From an uncultured Myxococcales bacterium (GTDB taxonomy: Bacteria > Myxococcota_A > UBA9042): DNA of 64,000 nucleotides. Positions 38,901 through 47,462 of this stretch are shown piece by piece. Below the pieces are notes generated by a model. The model made no database searches, was not told where the DNA came from, and worked only from the letters and a program-made list of their open reading frames with translations. The DNA lies in NCBI GenBank assembly GCA_903919145.1, contig CAIXGW010000063.1, forward strand, positions 8,253 through 72,252, given 5' to 3'. The translations under genes were made by a program, and so were the position numbers. Each line of letters starts with the position of its first letter. The stretch's first letter is position 1.

Positions 38901-39153
38901 CAGCGGCAATTTCAACCGCGCTATCGGCTTTCGCTTCGCCGATGGTTCCGTAAGCGTCAACGGCCTCAAGAGCTACCTGCCTTTGGACATCAGCGTGCCG
39001 GTTGACGAGTGCAAGGCCTTGTCTTCGCTGCCCGCCACCACCCAGTTTGTCATCCATTCCGTCAAGGTACCGGTAGTCAACATCCTGACCGACTTCCAGG
39101 GCAACGGCCAGTTCGGTTCTCAGTTGACCAAGCAGCCGGCCATGCTGCGGTAG
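35986..39153 (+). CDS. Large Cys-rich lipoprotein with Ca-binding EGF-like repeats and a fibrinogen-like C-terminal region
   Basis: Lipobox LGGC; EACNGLDDDCD; CDDNNPCT repeats; five EGF-like units (four DINEC/DVNEC); CDMVTDGGGWTLV. Start uncertain (35926-36067). Confidence 0.8.
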   Translation: MHGVVVACRGRSPVSALARLARVAAAAMAVLVLGGCLETEFGPALTDSASPADDQGSSSGDAPTDSTRIDSQPADTAQDSSGTADAGQTKCPGSPGCPCAITQDCGAGACLVTANGKRCAAFCIEGSCDVGSTCGAVAVEIPGAPTATKFGVCLPRWPTDCVPCLGNSDCANPADAAAACVDPAGGDGANGWFCASSCKQDADCAPGRTCKTLKGLDGSMHQTCAPTSGQCACSPLAVQTAAATSCRKTAAGMGVCKGLRSCSSGALSACSAQTPLPEACNGLDDDCDSAVDEPIDATPLCADQEPCTAESCQGSKGCAYLPVSVTCSDDDPCTSGDKCGNGKCAGGPANCDDNNPCTTDSCASETGCTYVATAGPCHDGDKCTKGDVCAAGECASGPALSCDDANPCTNDWCDALQGCTSLPNDVTCTDGNECTGVDTCKSGKCSGPLLACDDGWGCTSDSCDPLAGCVFASGQPSCGQAPMPYAIAMDCTETAFSSWRVSAPGIAVADPQPPLVAWKLDNLPPLGGTSQCALNVNNGKDLACGFLQTSVDAWAESPWIGLTSVTPEAPVVLRMESAGFWSSSWTAKILVRQENQPWKELGKPSASGAIWGKVTVDVPELAGKMAQIRFQFSGSDCADSDGTGWYVRKVSLAVEPCAKNNGGCAPTATCSAGPNNSAVCACNAGYSGTGKICSDINECAKNNGGCAVGATCTNSIGSFSCGCKPGFQGDGVTCTDINECATGKANCAVDALCTNTSGSFVCSCKPGYTGNGKICTDINECASANGGCAVQATCTNLPGSMQCACKAGYTGTGKTCTDVNECTTVGLADCATEATCTNSTGSFSCACKPGYLGNGKSCVLYGSAELPASTCKSIQLANPATISGPYWLNLAGSTVQVNCDMVTDGGGWTLVGYKTDLTLKVNNTKCCSESWLISDFATYLTAVQIKALQSLSTEGRQTYVGQCVKFAHYEYNSGNFNRAIGFRFADGSVSVNGLKSYLPLDISVPVDECKALSSLPATTQFVIHSVKVPVVNILTDFQGNGQFGSQLTKQPAMLR

Positions 39154-39198
39154 CGGTCGGTCATTCCCCCCAACATTTTCGCCAGGGAGTTCAGTTTC

Positions 39199-40080
39199 AT
39201 GCGCAATTCTTCGATGTTCTCTAGTCATTTTGCCCGCGCGGGCGTGGCAGGTATGTGTGCGGTCGCCATGGCGGGGGCCGCCGGCTGCAAGCAGCAAGAG
39301 GTCAAGCCTGCCGAGGCGCCCAAGGCCGAAGCCCCCAAAGAGGAGCCCAAGGCGGCTGAGGCGCCCAAGGCCGAAGAGCCCAAGCCGGCAGAGCCCGCCC
39401 CCGTCGCCGCCGAGGCTTCGCCCGTGGCTGCTGCTGCCGATTTGACTGCCGCCGCTGCTCCTGGCGGCGCCACCGCCCCTGCCGCCGCCCCTGCTGGGGT
39501 CAACGAGGCTGCCATGAAAGATCCCAAGCTGGCCAACGAGAAAGCCCCAGACGAGTTCAAGGTCAAGTTTGAGACCTCCAAGGGCAGCTTTACCATTGCC
39601 GTGCACAAGGCGTGGTCGCCCATTGGCGCGGACCGCTTCTACAACCTGGTCAAGATTGGCTACTTCCAAGATGTGGCCTTCTTCCGCGCCATCGCCGGCT
39701 TCATGGCCCAGTTTGGCATCCACGGCGACCCGGCGGTTAACAACAGCTGGCGCGAGGCGTCGATCACCGACGACCCATCGGCCAACCAGTCCAACAAGAA
39801 GTACACCGTTACCTTTGCCAAGAAGGGCATGCCCAACTCGCGGTCGGTGCAGTTCTTTATCAACTTCAGTGACAACGCGATGCTCGACCAAATGGGCTTT
39901 ACCCCGTTTGGCGAAGTGATTGAGGGCAAAGACGTCATTGACCGCATCAACACCGAGTACGGCGAGGGCGCCCCGCGCGGCAACGGGCCCGACCAGATGC
40001 GCGTGCAGACCGAGGGCAACGCCTACCTCAAGAAAGACTTCCCGAACCTGGACTACATCAAGTCCGCTTCGGTCCTGTGA
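39199..40080 (+). CDS. Cyclophilin-type peptidyl-prolyl isomerase lipoprotein
   Basis: ETSKGSF, FFRAIAGFMAQFG, RSVQFFIN and GFTPFGEVIEG; lipobox AAGC. Confidence 0.92.
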   Translation: MRNSSMFSSHFARAGVAGMCAVAMAGAAGCKQQEVKPAEAPKAEAPKEEPKAAEAPKAEEPKPAEPAPVAAEASPVAAAADLTAAAAPGGATAPAAAPAGVNEAAMKDPKLANEKAPDEFKVKFETSKGSFTIAVHKAWSPIGADRFYNLVKIGYFQDVAFFRAIAGFMAQFGIHGDPAVNNSWREASITDDPSANQSNKKYTVTFAKKGMPNSRSVQFFINFSDNAMLDQMGFTPFGEVIEGKDVIDRINTEYGEGAPRGNGPDQMRVQTEGNAYLKKDFPNLDYIKSASVL

Positions 40081-42098
40081 GAATCGCCTTCTCGCGTCGC
40101 CCGCTGGCGGCCTGGAGCGCTCTGACAGCGCTCTGGGCCGCCGTTGGCATGGCTGGCCCGCCCCCGCCCCCGCCCGCGCCGGCGGAGGCAAAGACCTTGC
40201 CCGGCCTGCTGGAGCCCTACTCGGGCTTTGACGTAGTCTTTGGTCCGGCCGGTCCGCGGGTGCTGGGCCCAGAGGCCAATCCGCAGATAGAGGCGATGCT
40301 CTTTGGTCCCGGCAAGGCCCTGGGCGGCGCCACTGCCTGCGAGCTGGGCAATGTGCGCGTAGAGGCCAGCCGCTTGCTGGTCGAAGTGCAGTGCCCAGAA
40401 GAGGCCAAGGTTACCCTGGAGCTGCAGGTGCGCGACCGCGGCCTTGCTGCCGACAAGGGGCAGGGCTCTACCTGGTTTGCCATCGCGTGGCCGCCGGCTT
40501 GGCAAGGCGGAGCCGAAGGGCCAGCCCAGGAGCGCCACCGCGCCGCCCAGGCCGATTTGCTGCAGCGCGTCCTGGCCAAAGAAGGGCTGCTGACGTGGCA
40601 GCGCGTCAGGCCGGCGCCGGGCAGCCCGGGCGATGGCTGGATGACCGCGCTGCTTGCCGCACAAGTTAGCCTGGCAACAGGCGAATTGCCGGGAGGCCGC
40701 CGGTCCCTGGCCCAGGCCAAGGCCGCTCGACCGTGGGCGGAGTTGCGGCCCGGCGAATTGTTTGACTTTGCCGTACTGGCTTATGGCCTGGGCGACAGCG
40801 AAGCGGTCCGCGCCGCGGTCGCCTCCCTTGAAAAAGCTGTGGCAGCCCAAAGTGCTCCGTCGCAGGGTAGCTCAGCCAGTGACGCGGCCGAGCTGCGGGC
40901 CTTGGCGGCGGCCGTACCGGCGCTGGCTGGCGACCCTACGGCAACAGTGGTCAAGGCGGGCGCCTGCCTGTCTGCCCCGGGCTGCGACCTGCTGCCGGCG
41001 GTGCGCGCCCTGGCCGCCACCCGCGCCTTTGCCCAGGCAGCCGCAGTGCTCGATGGCGGTCCGCTGGCCGGACAGGCAAAGGTCCACTTTGACTTGCTGA
41101 AGTTGCGATTTGGCATGGCCAGTGCGCTGAACGATTTTGCTGCTGAGCTGGCCGTCGCCGAGCGCATGACCCAAGAGAATCCCGACCTGCCGCAAGCGCT
41201 GGACCTGCGCGCCGCTGGCTTTGGCCGGGCAGGCCGCTATCGCGAATCCATTGAAATCATGCACGATCTCAGTCGCCGCTATCCCGATCGCGACATCGTG
41301 CTGGGGCGCATCGCCGGTCTGCTGGCGTTTCTGACGGCGGAGTCCAATGAGAACCCGGCCAAGAAGGCCGACCTGGAGGCCGTCGAACAGCGCATGCGCC
41401 AGGCAGCCGCCGACCCCAAAGACGTGGTGGCGCGCTTCATTGTGGCTACTCGCGGCTACTACGCCGGCCATTTCGCCCAGGCCCTGCCAGAATTGCAGGC
41501 CCTGGCCAAGACCAGCAACCGCGATCCGCGCATCCCGCTGTACTTGGCCATGACCCATTTTTGGACGGGACAGCAGGCCGAGGCAGAGCGCTGGATCGAC
41601 CGCGCCGTGGCCATTGGCCCCTCTGACCCCGATGTCTTCTACTGCCGCAGCCAGATCGTGCGACGCGTCGACTTACCATTGGCAATCAAAGACTTAGAGC
41701 GATACGAGGCTATGACCAAGCAGCCCTGGTCGGTCGGGCCGCGCTCCAAGTCAGAGCGGGTCGAAGCCGAGCTCGCCTTGATGCGCAAAGGGCGGATCCC
41801 CCCAGATTGGGACAAGCCGGGCCCTGACCGCGCGGTGTTCCTGCCCGCCGAACAGACCGGCACGGCAGCCTCGCCCCAGGCCATCCAAGGCCGCGCAGCG
41901 GCAGGCCTTGCCGCAGCGGGTGGCAATAACGGGCCAGCTGGCCCTGCCGCAGCGGCCTCTGCCAGCGCAGACAGCGGCGCTTTGCCCGGCGGATCCCCAG
42001 AGGATCCGCGGTCCTCGCTGCCATGGACTGCCATCGGCTTGGCGGCAGCCCTGGCCGCGGCGCTGGCCCTGCGGCTGTACCGCTGGAAGCGCAAATAG
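40077..42098 (+). CDS. Secreted TPR-like repeat protein with C-terminal TM anchor
   Basis: GTGA overlap, signal peptide, TPR-like helices (AVAIGPSDPDVFY), C-terminal hydrophobic segment plus RWKRK. Confidence 0.7.
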   Translation: MRIAFSRRPLAAWSALTALWAAVGMAGPPPPPPAPAEAKTLPGLLEPYSGFDVVFGPAGPRVLGPEANPQIEAMLFGPGKALGGATACELGNVRVEASRLLVEVQCPEEAKVTLELQVRDRGLAADKGQGSTWFAIAWPPAWQGGAEGPAQERHRAAQADLLQRVLAKEGLLTWQRVRPAPGSPGDGWMTALLAAQVSLATGELPGGRRSLAQAKAARPWAELRPGELFDFAVLAYGLGDSEAVRAAVASLEKAVAAQSAPSQGSSASDAAELRALAAAVPALAGDPTATVVKAGACLSAPGCDLLPAVRALAATRAFAQAAAVLDGGPLAGQAKVHFDLLKLRFGMASALNDFAAELAVAERMTQENPDLPQALDLRAAGFGRAGRYRESIEIMHDLSRRYPDRDIVLGRIAGLLAFLTAESNENPAKKADLEAVEQRMRQAAADPKDVVARFIVATRGYYAGHFAQALPELQALAKTSNRDPRIPLYLAMTHFWTGQQAEAERWIDRAVAIGPSDPDVFYCRSQIVRRVDLPLAIKDLERYEAMTKQPWSVGPRSKSERVEAELALMRKGRIPPDWDKPGPDRAVFLPAEQTGTAASPQAIQGRAAAGLAAAGGNNGPAGPAAAASASADSGALPGGSPEDPRSSLPWTAIGLAAALAAALALRLYRWKRK

Positions 42099-42143
42099 CT
42101 CGGCCTTGACCCAAAGCCAACCCAGCCCCTTGGGTCGAGCCTG

Positions 42144-42710
42144 CTACTCCGCCCCCGGCTTGAACAGCAGCGCGTCTCCCAGCGGATACGTTTCCAGCTT
42201 GGCGTAGCGGGCCCCCTCTTCGCCGGGCGTGCTGGAATACAGGTGGAATTCAGAGACTGTCCACGGCTCGGTGCGCAACAGCGAGTGGGCCGCCAAGAAG
42301 CCCGCCACGTCGCCATCGGCCGCCCGCTCCAGGCGGGCCAAGCTGATGTGGGGCGCAAAGTTGCGCTTTTCTGGCGGGGCCCCTGCGTGGCGCACCAGAT
42401 GCTCCACCCGCGCTTGCAGGCGCTCAAGCGGCGGACTCGGCGCGGTGCCAGCCCACAAAGAGTGCGGGCGCCCGCGCGGCGGAAAGTGGCCTACCCCAAG
42501 AATCTGCAGAGAAAACTCGGGCAAGTGAACCAGTTGCAGCGCTTCGTCGACCTCTCTGGCCAAGCTGGCATCGGTGGGGCCCAGAAAGCGCAGGGTCAAG
42601 TGCAAGTCATCGGGGTGCACCCAGCGCGCCCCTGGCAGAGGTCCATAGAGATCAATTAGTTGGTCGCTGATGGCGTCAGGCAGGCTGAGGCCAATGAACA
42701 GACGGATCAT
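42144..42710 (-). CDS. thpR: RNA 2',3'-cyclic phosphodiesterase (2H family)
   Basis: RLFIGL, HLTLRFLG and FAPHISLAR, the two HxT/S motifs. Confidence 0.93.
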   Translation of the reverse strand: MIRLFIGLSLPDAISDQLIDLYGPLPGARWVHPDDLHLTLRFLGPTDASLAREVDEALQLVHLPEFSLQILGVGHFPPRGRPHSLWAGTAPSPPLERLQARVEHLVRHAGAPPEKRNFAPHISLARLERAADGDVAGFLAAHSLLRTEPWTVSEFHLYSSTPGEEGARYAKLETYPLGDALLFKPGAE

Positions 42711-42840
42711 GGGGACCTAGGGGCCTCGACAAAGACCGGTCGATCTGCTGTCGGGGTGGCGACGCGTTTCCGCGGCAATGAGCTTGGCGAACCGGCTGGC
42801 ACCCAAACCCGCAGTCCGGTGTGGAAGCCGCAGCCGACTT

Positions 42841-42934
42841 GGTTAGGGGGTGTGGGAGAAGACCCAGCAGCAGCCAAGACCAGCGAAGAACAGCCAGGTG
42901 CCATCCGGATCAAACTGGCGGTCTTGGAGACTGG
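42841..42934 (-). repeat. Diverged partial third copy of the 142-bp element
   Basis: ggttaggggg..agaagacccagcag..ccaa..gaa..gatc..gcggtcttgg is colinear with about 10266-10361. Confidence 0.6.
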
Positions 42935-42973
42935 CAGCGCAAGGGCCACCAAAGAAGGATGGCTGCTGGTGAC

Positions 42974-43918
42974 CTAGGCCACTTCTCCAAAGCCGAAGAT
43001 GGTCTCCATGCCGCGGACTTTTTGGTAGACGCCTTCTTGGCCGCGGTCGCGTGGATTGGCGGTGTTGCCTTCGATGGTGGTGATCGACCCGTCGGCATTG
43101 ACGGCTTTGACGATGCCCACGTGGTCGGGGTTCTTGTCGTGGTCCCAGTCAAAAAAGACCAGGTCGCCGGGCTGCGGGTCGTTCTTGCCCTTCCAGCGTC
43201 CCTGCTTCTTGAGCTGCTGGACAAAGGTGGGGCAGTACGGGCTGTTGGTCGACTTGCCAGCCTTGCTATAGACCCAGGACACAAAGTCGGCACACCAGGG
43301 CTCTGGGCCGCGGCCAAAAAACTGCTGGTACTTAAGGGCGCCACCGCGGTTCTCGCCCTTTTCTGTGGTGCCGATTTGCGACTCAGCGACGCGCAGAATC
43401 TCTTGGCGAAGCTGAGCCTCGTCGCGCGGATTGGCCGGCGGTCGCCGCCCAGGGCGCTGCCCCGGCTCAGGCTGGGGGCGCTGGCTGCCGCCGCGCTGCT
43501 GGTCGCCACCGGGGCTGCGCTGCGGCGTGCCATATTGGGCGGTGTCCAGCTCCATGCCGCTGCGTTCGCGCAGGCCTGCCCAGGTTTGCGGACCCACAAT
43601 GCCATCGACTTCAAGGCCGCGCTTCTCTTGGAATTGAACCACTGCGCGGTGGGTGGCGGGGCCAAAAATGCCGTCTGCCGGGCCGGGAGCCAGCCCGACT
43701 TTGTTGAGCAGCGTCTGGCACATCCGCACCTCGGCCCCCGAGGAGCCGCGGCGAATCATCTTGGGCATGTGCGCCATGCCGGGGGCGACGACGCCCTGCT
43801 GGCCCTGCTGGCCCTGCGTACCTTGCCGGCCCTGGGCGCCTTGCTGGCCCTGCGCGCCCTGCGATCCCTGCTGGGGATTGCGCTGCTGACTTTGCTGGGG
43901 ACCTCTGTGGGCTGGCAT
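42974..43918 (-). CDS. Peptidoglycan-binding plus CHAP amidase protein, Gln-rich N-terminus
   Basis: DGIFGPAT..FQ..GLEVDGIVGPQTW (PG-binding); PWCADFVSW, HVGIV and TIEGN (CHAP). Confidence 0.9.
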   Translation of the reverse strand: MPAHRGPQQSQQRNPQQGSQGAQGQQGAQGRQGTQGQQGQQGVVAPGMAHMPKMIRRGSSGAEVRMCQTLLNKVGLAPGPADGIFGPATHRAVVQFQEKRGLEVDGIVGPQTWAGLRERSGMELDTAQYGTPQRSPGGDQQRGGSQRPQPEPGQRPGRRPPANPRDEAQLRQEILRVAESQIGTTEKGENRGGALKYQQFFGRGPEPWCADFVSWVYSKAGKSTNSPYCPTFVQQLKKQGRWKGKNDPQPGDLVFFDWDHDKNPDHVGIVKAVNADGSITTIEGNTANPRDRGQEGVYQKVRGMETIFGFGEVA

Positions 43919-44253
43919 CGACAACTCCGCTAGGCCGCTGCGGCGGCGCTACAGCACAAATAGCCCTGCTGCCGCCGACCGTCAACTGTTCGGTTCCCCC
44001 AAAGCGGCGATCCGGGGGCATCCAGACCCCAGGCCTCGATCTTGGCGGGCCGGACTGCCAGCCATCGCTTGGTGGTTGCAGCGTCGCCGGCCCTTCTCGG
44101 CAAGGGTCCCAGCCCCCCAGCCGGCGGGGCAAAGGCCGCGGACGCGCCGTGGGTGGTGGTGCCGCCTGGCCCCAGCCGCAGCAGAACCTGACAGCGCCGC
44201 GCGTTGTTGCTACAAGGGGAGTGCTCGCCACACCTGCGGGCAGAGAGGTAGCC

Positions 44254-45501
44254 ATGCGCGTGGCGTTCTTGGCCATTGGCGATGAGTTGTTGCGCGGCGA
44301 GTCGCGCGAAGGCAATGGCTACTTCTTGGCGCAGCAGCTGAGCGACCGCCGGGTGCCCCTTGAACAAGTTAGGATTGTGGCTGACGATTTCTCTGCAGTG
44401 GCCCAGGCCCTGGCCGACTTTGCCAGCTCTCCGACCCTGCTCATCTGCAGCGGCGGCCTCGGCCCGACGGACGACGACTTCACCCGAGCCGCGGTGGCGG
44501 CGGCGCTGGGCGTGCCGGTGATTCGCGACCTGGAGGCCCTGGCCGCCATCCAAGGGCGGTTTGAGGCGCTGGGCCGGCCGATGCACCCCGCCAACGCGCG
44601 GCAGGCCGATTTTCCGCTAGGGGCAGAGGTCATCGCCAATCCTTTTGGCACCGCGCCGGGTTTTGTGGCCCACCAAGGCGAGCTGACGGCGGTGTGCCTT
44701 CCCGGGGTGCCCCGCGAATTCAGCGGCATGGTCCAGGCCCACCTGGACTCGTGGCTGCGGCGGGTCGGCCTGCACGCTCAGGCCCCCGGCCAGGAGGTGA
44801 CGCTGCGGCTGTTCGGCATCCCAGAGAGCGACATGCAGGGCGTGCTGTCAGGCCTGCCGCTGTACAGCGCTGCCAAGATGCGCTCTTTGCCCACCTGGCC
44901 GGAGATCCGCCTCAAGCTGGCGCCGCTGGCCGGGCAGGCCCAGGACCTTGCGGAGTTCAAGCTGTTTCTGCAGCAGGTGCACCACGCGCTGGGCTGGCGG
45001 ATCTATGGCGAAGGCGATGCCGACAGCCACCCAGCGGCGGTGCTGCGGGCATTGCAGAGTCGCGATCTGCGGGTGGCAGTGGCCGAGTCCTGCACCGGCG
45101 GGCTGATCGCCCAGCTGCTGACTTCGGTGCCCGGCGCCAGCCGCAGCGTGACGGCGGGGGTAGTGGCGTACGCCAACTCGGCCAAGACCGCCCTGCTGGG
45201 GGTCGAGGCCGCGCTCATCGACCGGCACGGCGCTGTCTCTAAGGAAGTCGCCGAGGCGATGGCCCAGGGCGCCCTGCAGGTCAGCGGCGCCGACGTGGCG
45301 GTGGCGACCACTGGGATTGCCGGGCCAGACGGCGGCACGCCAGACAAACCAGTGGGTACGCTGTGGCTGGCGCTGGCCTGGCGCGGAGGTCAGCAAAGCG
45401 TGCAACTGCAGCTGCTTGGCCTGGGCCGGGCACGCTTTCAGCTGCTGGCTGCCCACCACGCGCTCAGCTGGGTGCGGCGCTGGGCGCTGGCGGTGCTGTA
45501 G
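44254..45501 (+). CDS. cinA: CinA / nicotinamide mononucleotide deamidase
   Basis: IGDELL, GGLGPTDDDFT, GTAPG, LPGVPRE, AESCTGG and TGIAGPDGG. Confidence 0.95.
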   Translation: MRVAFLAIGDELLRGESREGNGYFLAQQLSDRRVPLEQVRIVADDFSAVAQALADFASSPTLLICSGGLGPTDDDFTRAAVAAALGVPVIRDLEALAAIQGRFEALGRPMHPANARQADFPLGAEVIANPFGTAPGFVAHQGELTAVCLPGVPREFSGMVQAHLDSWLRRVGLHAQAPGQEVTLRLFGIPESDMQGVLSGLPLYSAAKMRSLPTWPEIRLKLAPLAGQAQDLAEFKLFLQQVHHALGWRIYGEGDADSHPAAVLRALQSRDLRVAVAESCTGGLIAQLLTSVPGASRSVTAGVVAYANSAKTALLGVEAALIDRHGAVSKEVAEAMAQGALQVSGADVAVATTGIAGPDGGTPDKPVGTLWLALAWRGGQQSVQLQLLGLGRARFQLLAAHHALSWVRRWALAVL

Positions 45502-45591
45502 GGAGGCCTGCCAGAAAGCGCCTGGGTTCACTGGCAAGTTGACCGCCCGAAACTGCAGGCGCATCCTCAGGGGCAGCTTGACGGAGGTCCC

Positions 45592-46944
45592 ATGCGGATC
45601 AGCGACATCACCCTTTGGCACGTCTCAGTGCCGCTGCGTGCTCCATTCTATCCGGCCTGGATCCCTGGCCTCGCCCAGACGGAAAACCGCTTTACCCTGG
45701 TGCGCCTGGTCACGGCCAGCGGCGTGGAGGGCTGGTCGGCTGGGCCGGCCATGGAGCGCGAGCGCCAGGGCCTTGGGGCCTTGCTGGGGCCGTACATGCT
45801 GGGCGAGCGCGCCGACGATATCGCCTCTGTGCGCCAGCGGTTGCGCGAGATGAGCTACCTTGGCTGGCACCTGGGCTGGCTCGAGGCGGCGTGCTGGGAC
45901 ATCGTAGGCAAGGCCCGCGGCGTGCCGGTGTACCGGCTGCTGGGCGGTACGCCGGGGCGGGTGCAGCTGTACGCCTCGACCGGCGACGTGCGCGACGGCA
46001 AGCAGCGGGTGGTAGAGCTAGAGAAGCGCCGGGCAGAGGGCTTTGCGGCGGCCAAGCTGCGGGTCCATGCCTTTGAAGAGGCTGACGATCTTGAGCAAAT
46101 CGAGACCGCTCGGGCCGCCATGGGCCCTGAGTTCACCATGGGCATTGACGCCAATCAGGGCTGGCGCGTAGCGGTAGTGGCCGACGCGCCGCTGTGGAAC
46201 GTCGAGCGAGCCCGCCGCTTTGCCGACCGCGCCTTTGAGCTGGGCTACAAGTGGCTGGAAGAGCCCCTGGCCAATGACGACTACCCCGGTATGAGCGAGC
46301 TGCGCGCTTCGACCCGCATGGCCATCGCCGGCGCCGAACTGAACCACCACGGGCTGCCGGAAATTGGCGGAATGCTGCAGCAGCGCTGCCTCGACGTGTA
46401 CCAACCAGACGCGGTTTTTGCCGGCGGCATCAGCGAAACTTGGAAGATTGTGGCGGCTGTGGCCAAGGCCGGGGCGCGCTACACCCCGCACACCTGGACC
46501 AACGGCATCGGCTTTGCCATCAATCTGCAAGTCTTTGCCGCGTCGCCGTGGCGGGCCGACACTCTGCTTGAGTATCCGCTCAGCGAGCCCGGGTGGGTGC
46601 CCGAGCAGCGCGACGGCCTGCTGACCCAACCGTGGCTGCACCAGCAGGGCTGGCTGGACCTGCCCACCGCGCCGGGGCTGGGATTCTCTATTGATCCTGA
46701 GCAGCTGCGTCGGCACGGCCACTGCTTCTATCGCGGCACCAAGCTGCGGGTAGCGGTTCGCGCCGTGCTCGACAAGGGCATCAAGACCGCCAAAGCCCTG
46801 GGGGCCGTTCGCGATGCCCGGCTGGCCGCGCGCCATGCCCAGCTGGACAGCCAGACCGCTGCCGGCGTGGACCCGCTGGCCGAGTTTGTGCAGCCGGTCC
46901 AGGCCTTGCCGCGCAGCGACTGGAAGTTGGCGGATCTGCCGTGA
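45592..46944 (+). CDS. Mandelate racemase/muconate lactonising enzyme (enolase superfamily) protein
   Basis: WDIVGKA..PVYRLLGG, KLR, IDANQGW, WLEEPL, QPD and PH. Confidence 0.9.
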   Translation: MRISDITLWHVSVPLRAPFYPAWIPGLAQTENRFTLVRLVTASGVEGWSAGPAMERERQGLGALLGPYMLGERADDIASVRQRLREMSYLGWHLGWLEAACWDIVGKARGVPVYRLLGGTPGRVQLYASTGDVRDGKQRVVELEKRRAEGFAAAKLRVHAFEEADDLEQIETARAAMGPEFTMGIDANQGWRVAVVADAPLWNVERARRFADRAFELGYKWLEEPLANDDYPGMSELRASTRMAIAGAELNHHGLPEIGGMLQQRCLDVYQPDAVFAGGISETWKIVAAVAKAGARYTPHTWTNGIGFAINLQVFAASPWRADTLLEYPLSEPGWVPEQRDGLLTQPWLHQQGWLDLPTAPGLGFSIDPEQLRRHGHCFYRGTKLRVAVRAVLDKGIKTAKALGAVRDARLAARHAQLDSQTAAGVDPLAEFVQPVQALPRSDWKLADLP

Positions 46945-47462
46945 AATGGTCGCGCCGGCGCTTTGTGGTCGCCGCCCTGGCAGGGGTCGGCGCCGCCGGG
47001 GCTGCTGGCGGCGGACTGCTGGCGCTGCGCGGGGCGGCGCCGCCGGTAGAGGGCCTCAAGGTGCTGTCTGGCCAGGCCTACCGCACATTTTCTGCCATTG
47101 CGGCAGCGCACTTGCCCGCTGGCGGGGCCTTTGCCGCCGGTGCCGCTGAGTTTGAGTTGGCGCGGCTCTTTGACGGCTATCTGGCCGACCAGCCCGCCGA
47201 CGAGCAGCGCGAAGCCCTGGCTGCGCTTCACCTTGTAGAGTTTGGTCCCTTGCTGTTTGAGCGGCGCTGGGCCACGTTTTCGCAGCTGGCGCCGGCCGAC
47301 CAGCTGGCTCACTGGCGCGGCTGGGCGCGGGCCAGGGCGCAGGTCCGCCGCGAAATCTACAGCGGCTTTGCCAAGTTCATTGGCATGGCCTTCTATGACC
47401 GACCCGAGGTGTGGCCCCACATTGGCTATCCCGGACCGTCTTTTGCCAGGCTGGCCCCATGA
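46941..47462 (+). CDS. Tat-signal small subunit (gluconate 2-dehydrogenase subunit 3-like)
   Basis: SRRRFV twin-arginine motif and C-terminal FYDRPEVWPHIGYPG. Coupled to the GMC gene. Confidence 0.7.
   Translation: MKWSRRRFVVAALAGVGAAGAAGGGLLALRGAAPPVEGLKVLSGQAYRTFSAIAAAHLPAGGAFAAGAAEFELARLFDGYLADQPADEQREALAALHLVEFGPLLFERRWATFSQLAPADQLAHWRGWARARAQVRREIYSGFAKFIGMAFYDRPEVWPHIGYPGPSFARLAP

Noticed and set aside
42974-43918. Prophage endolysin
   Set aside because: No holin, integrase or structural phage genes nearby.
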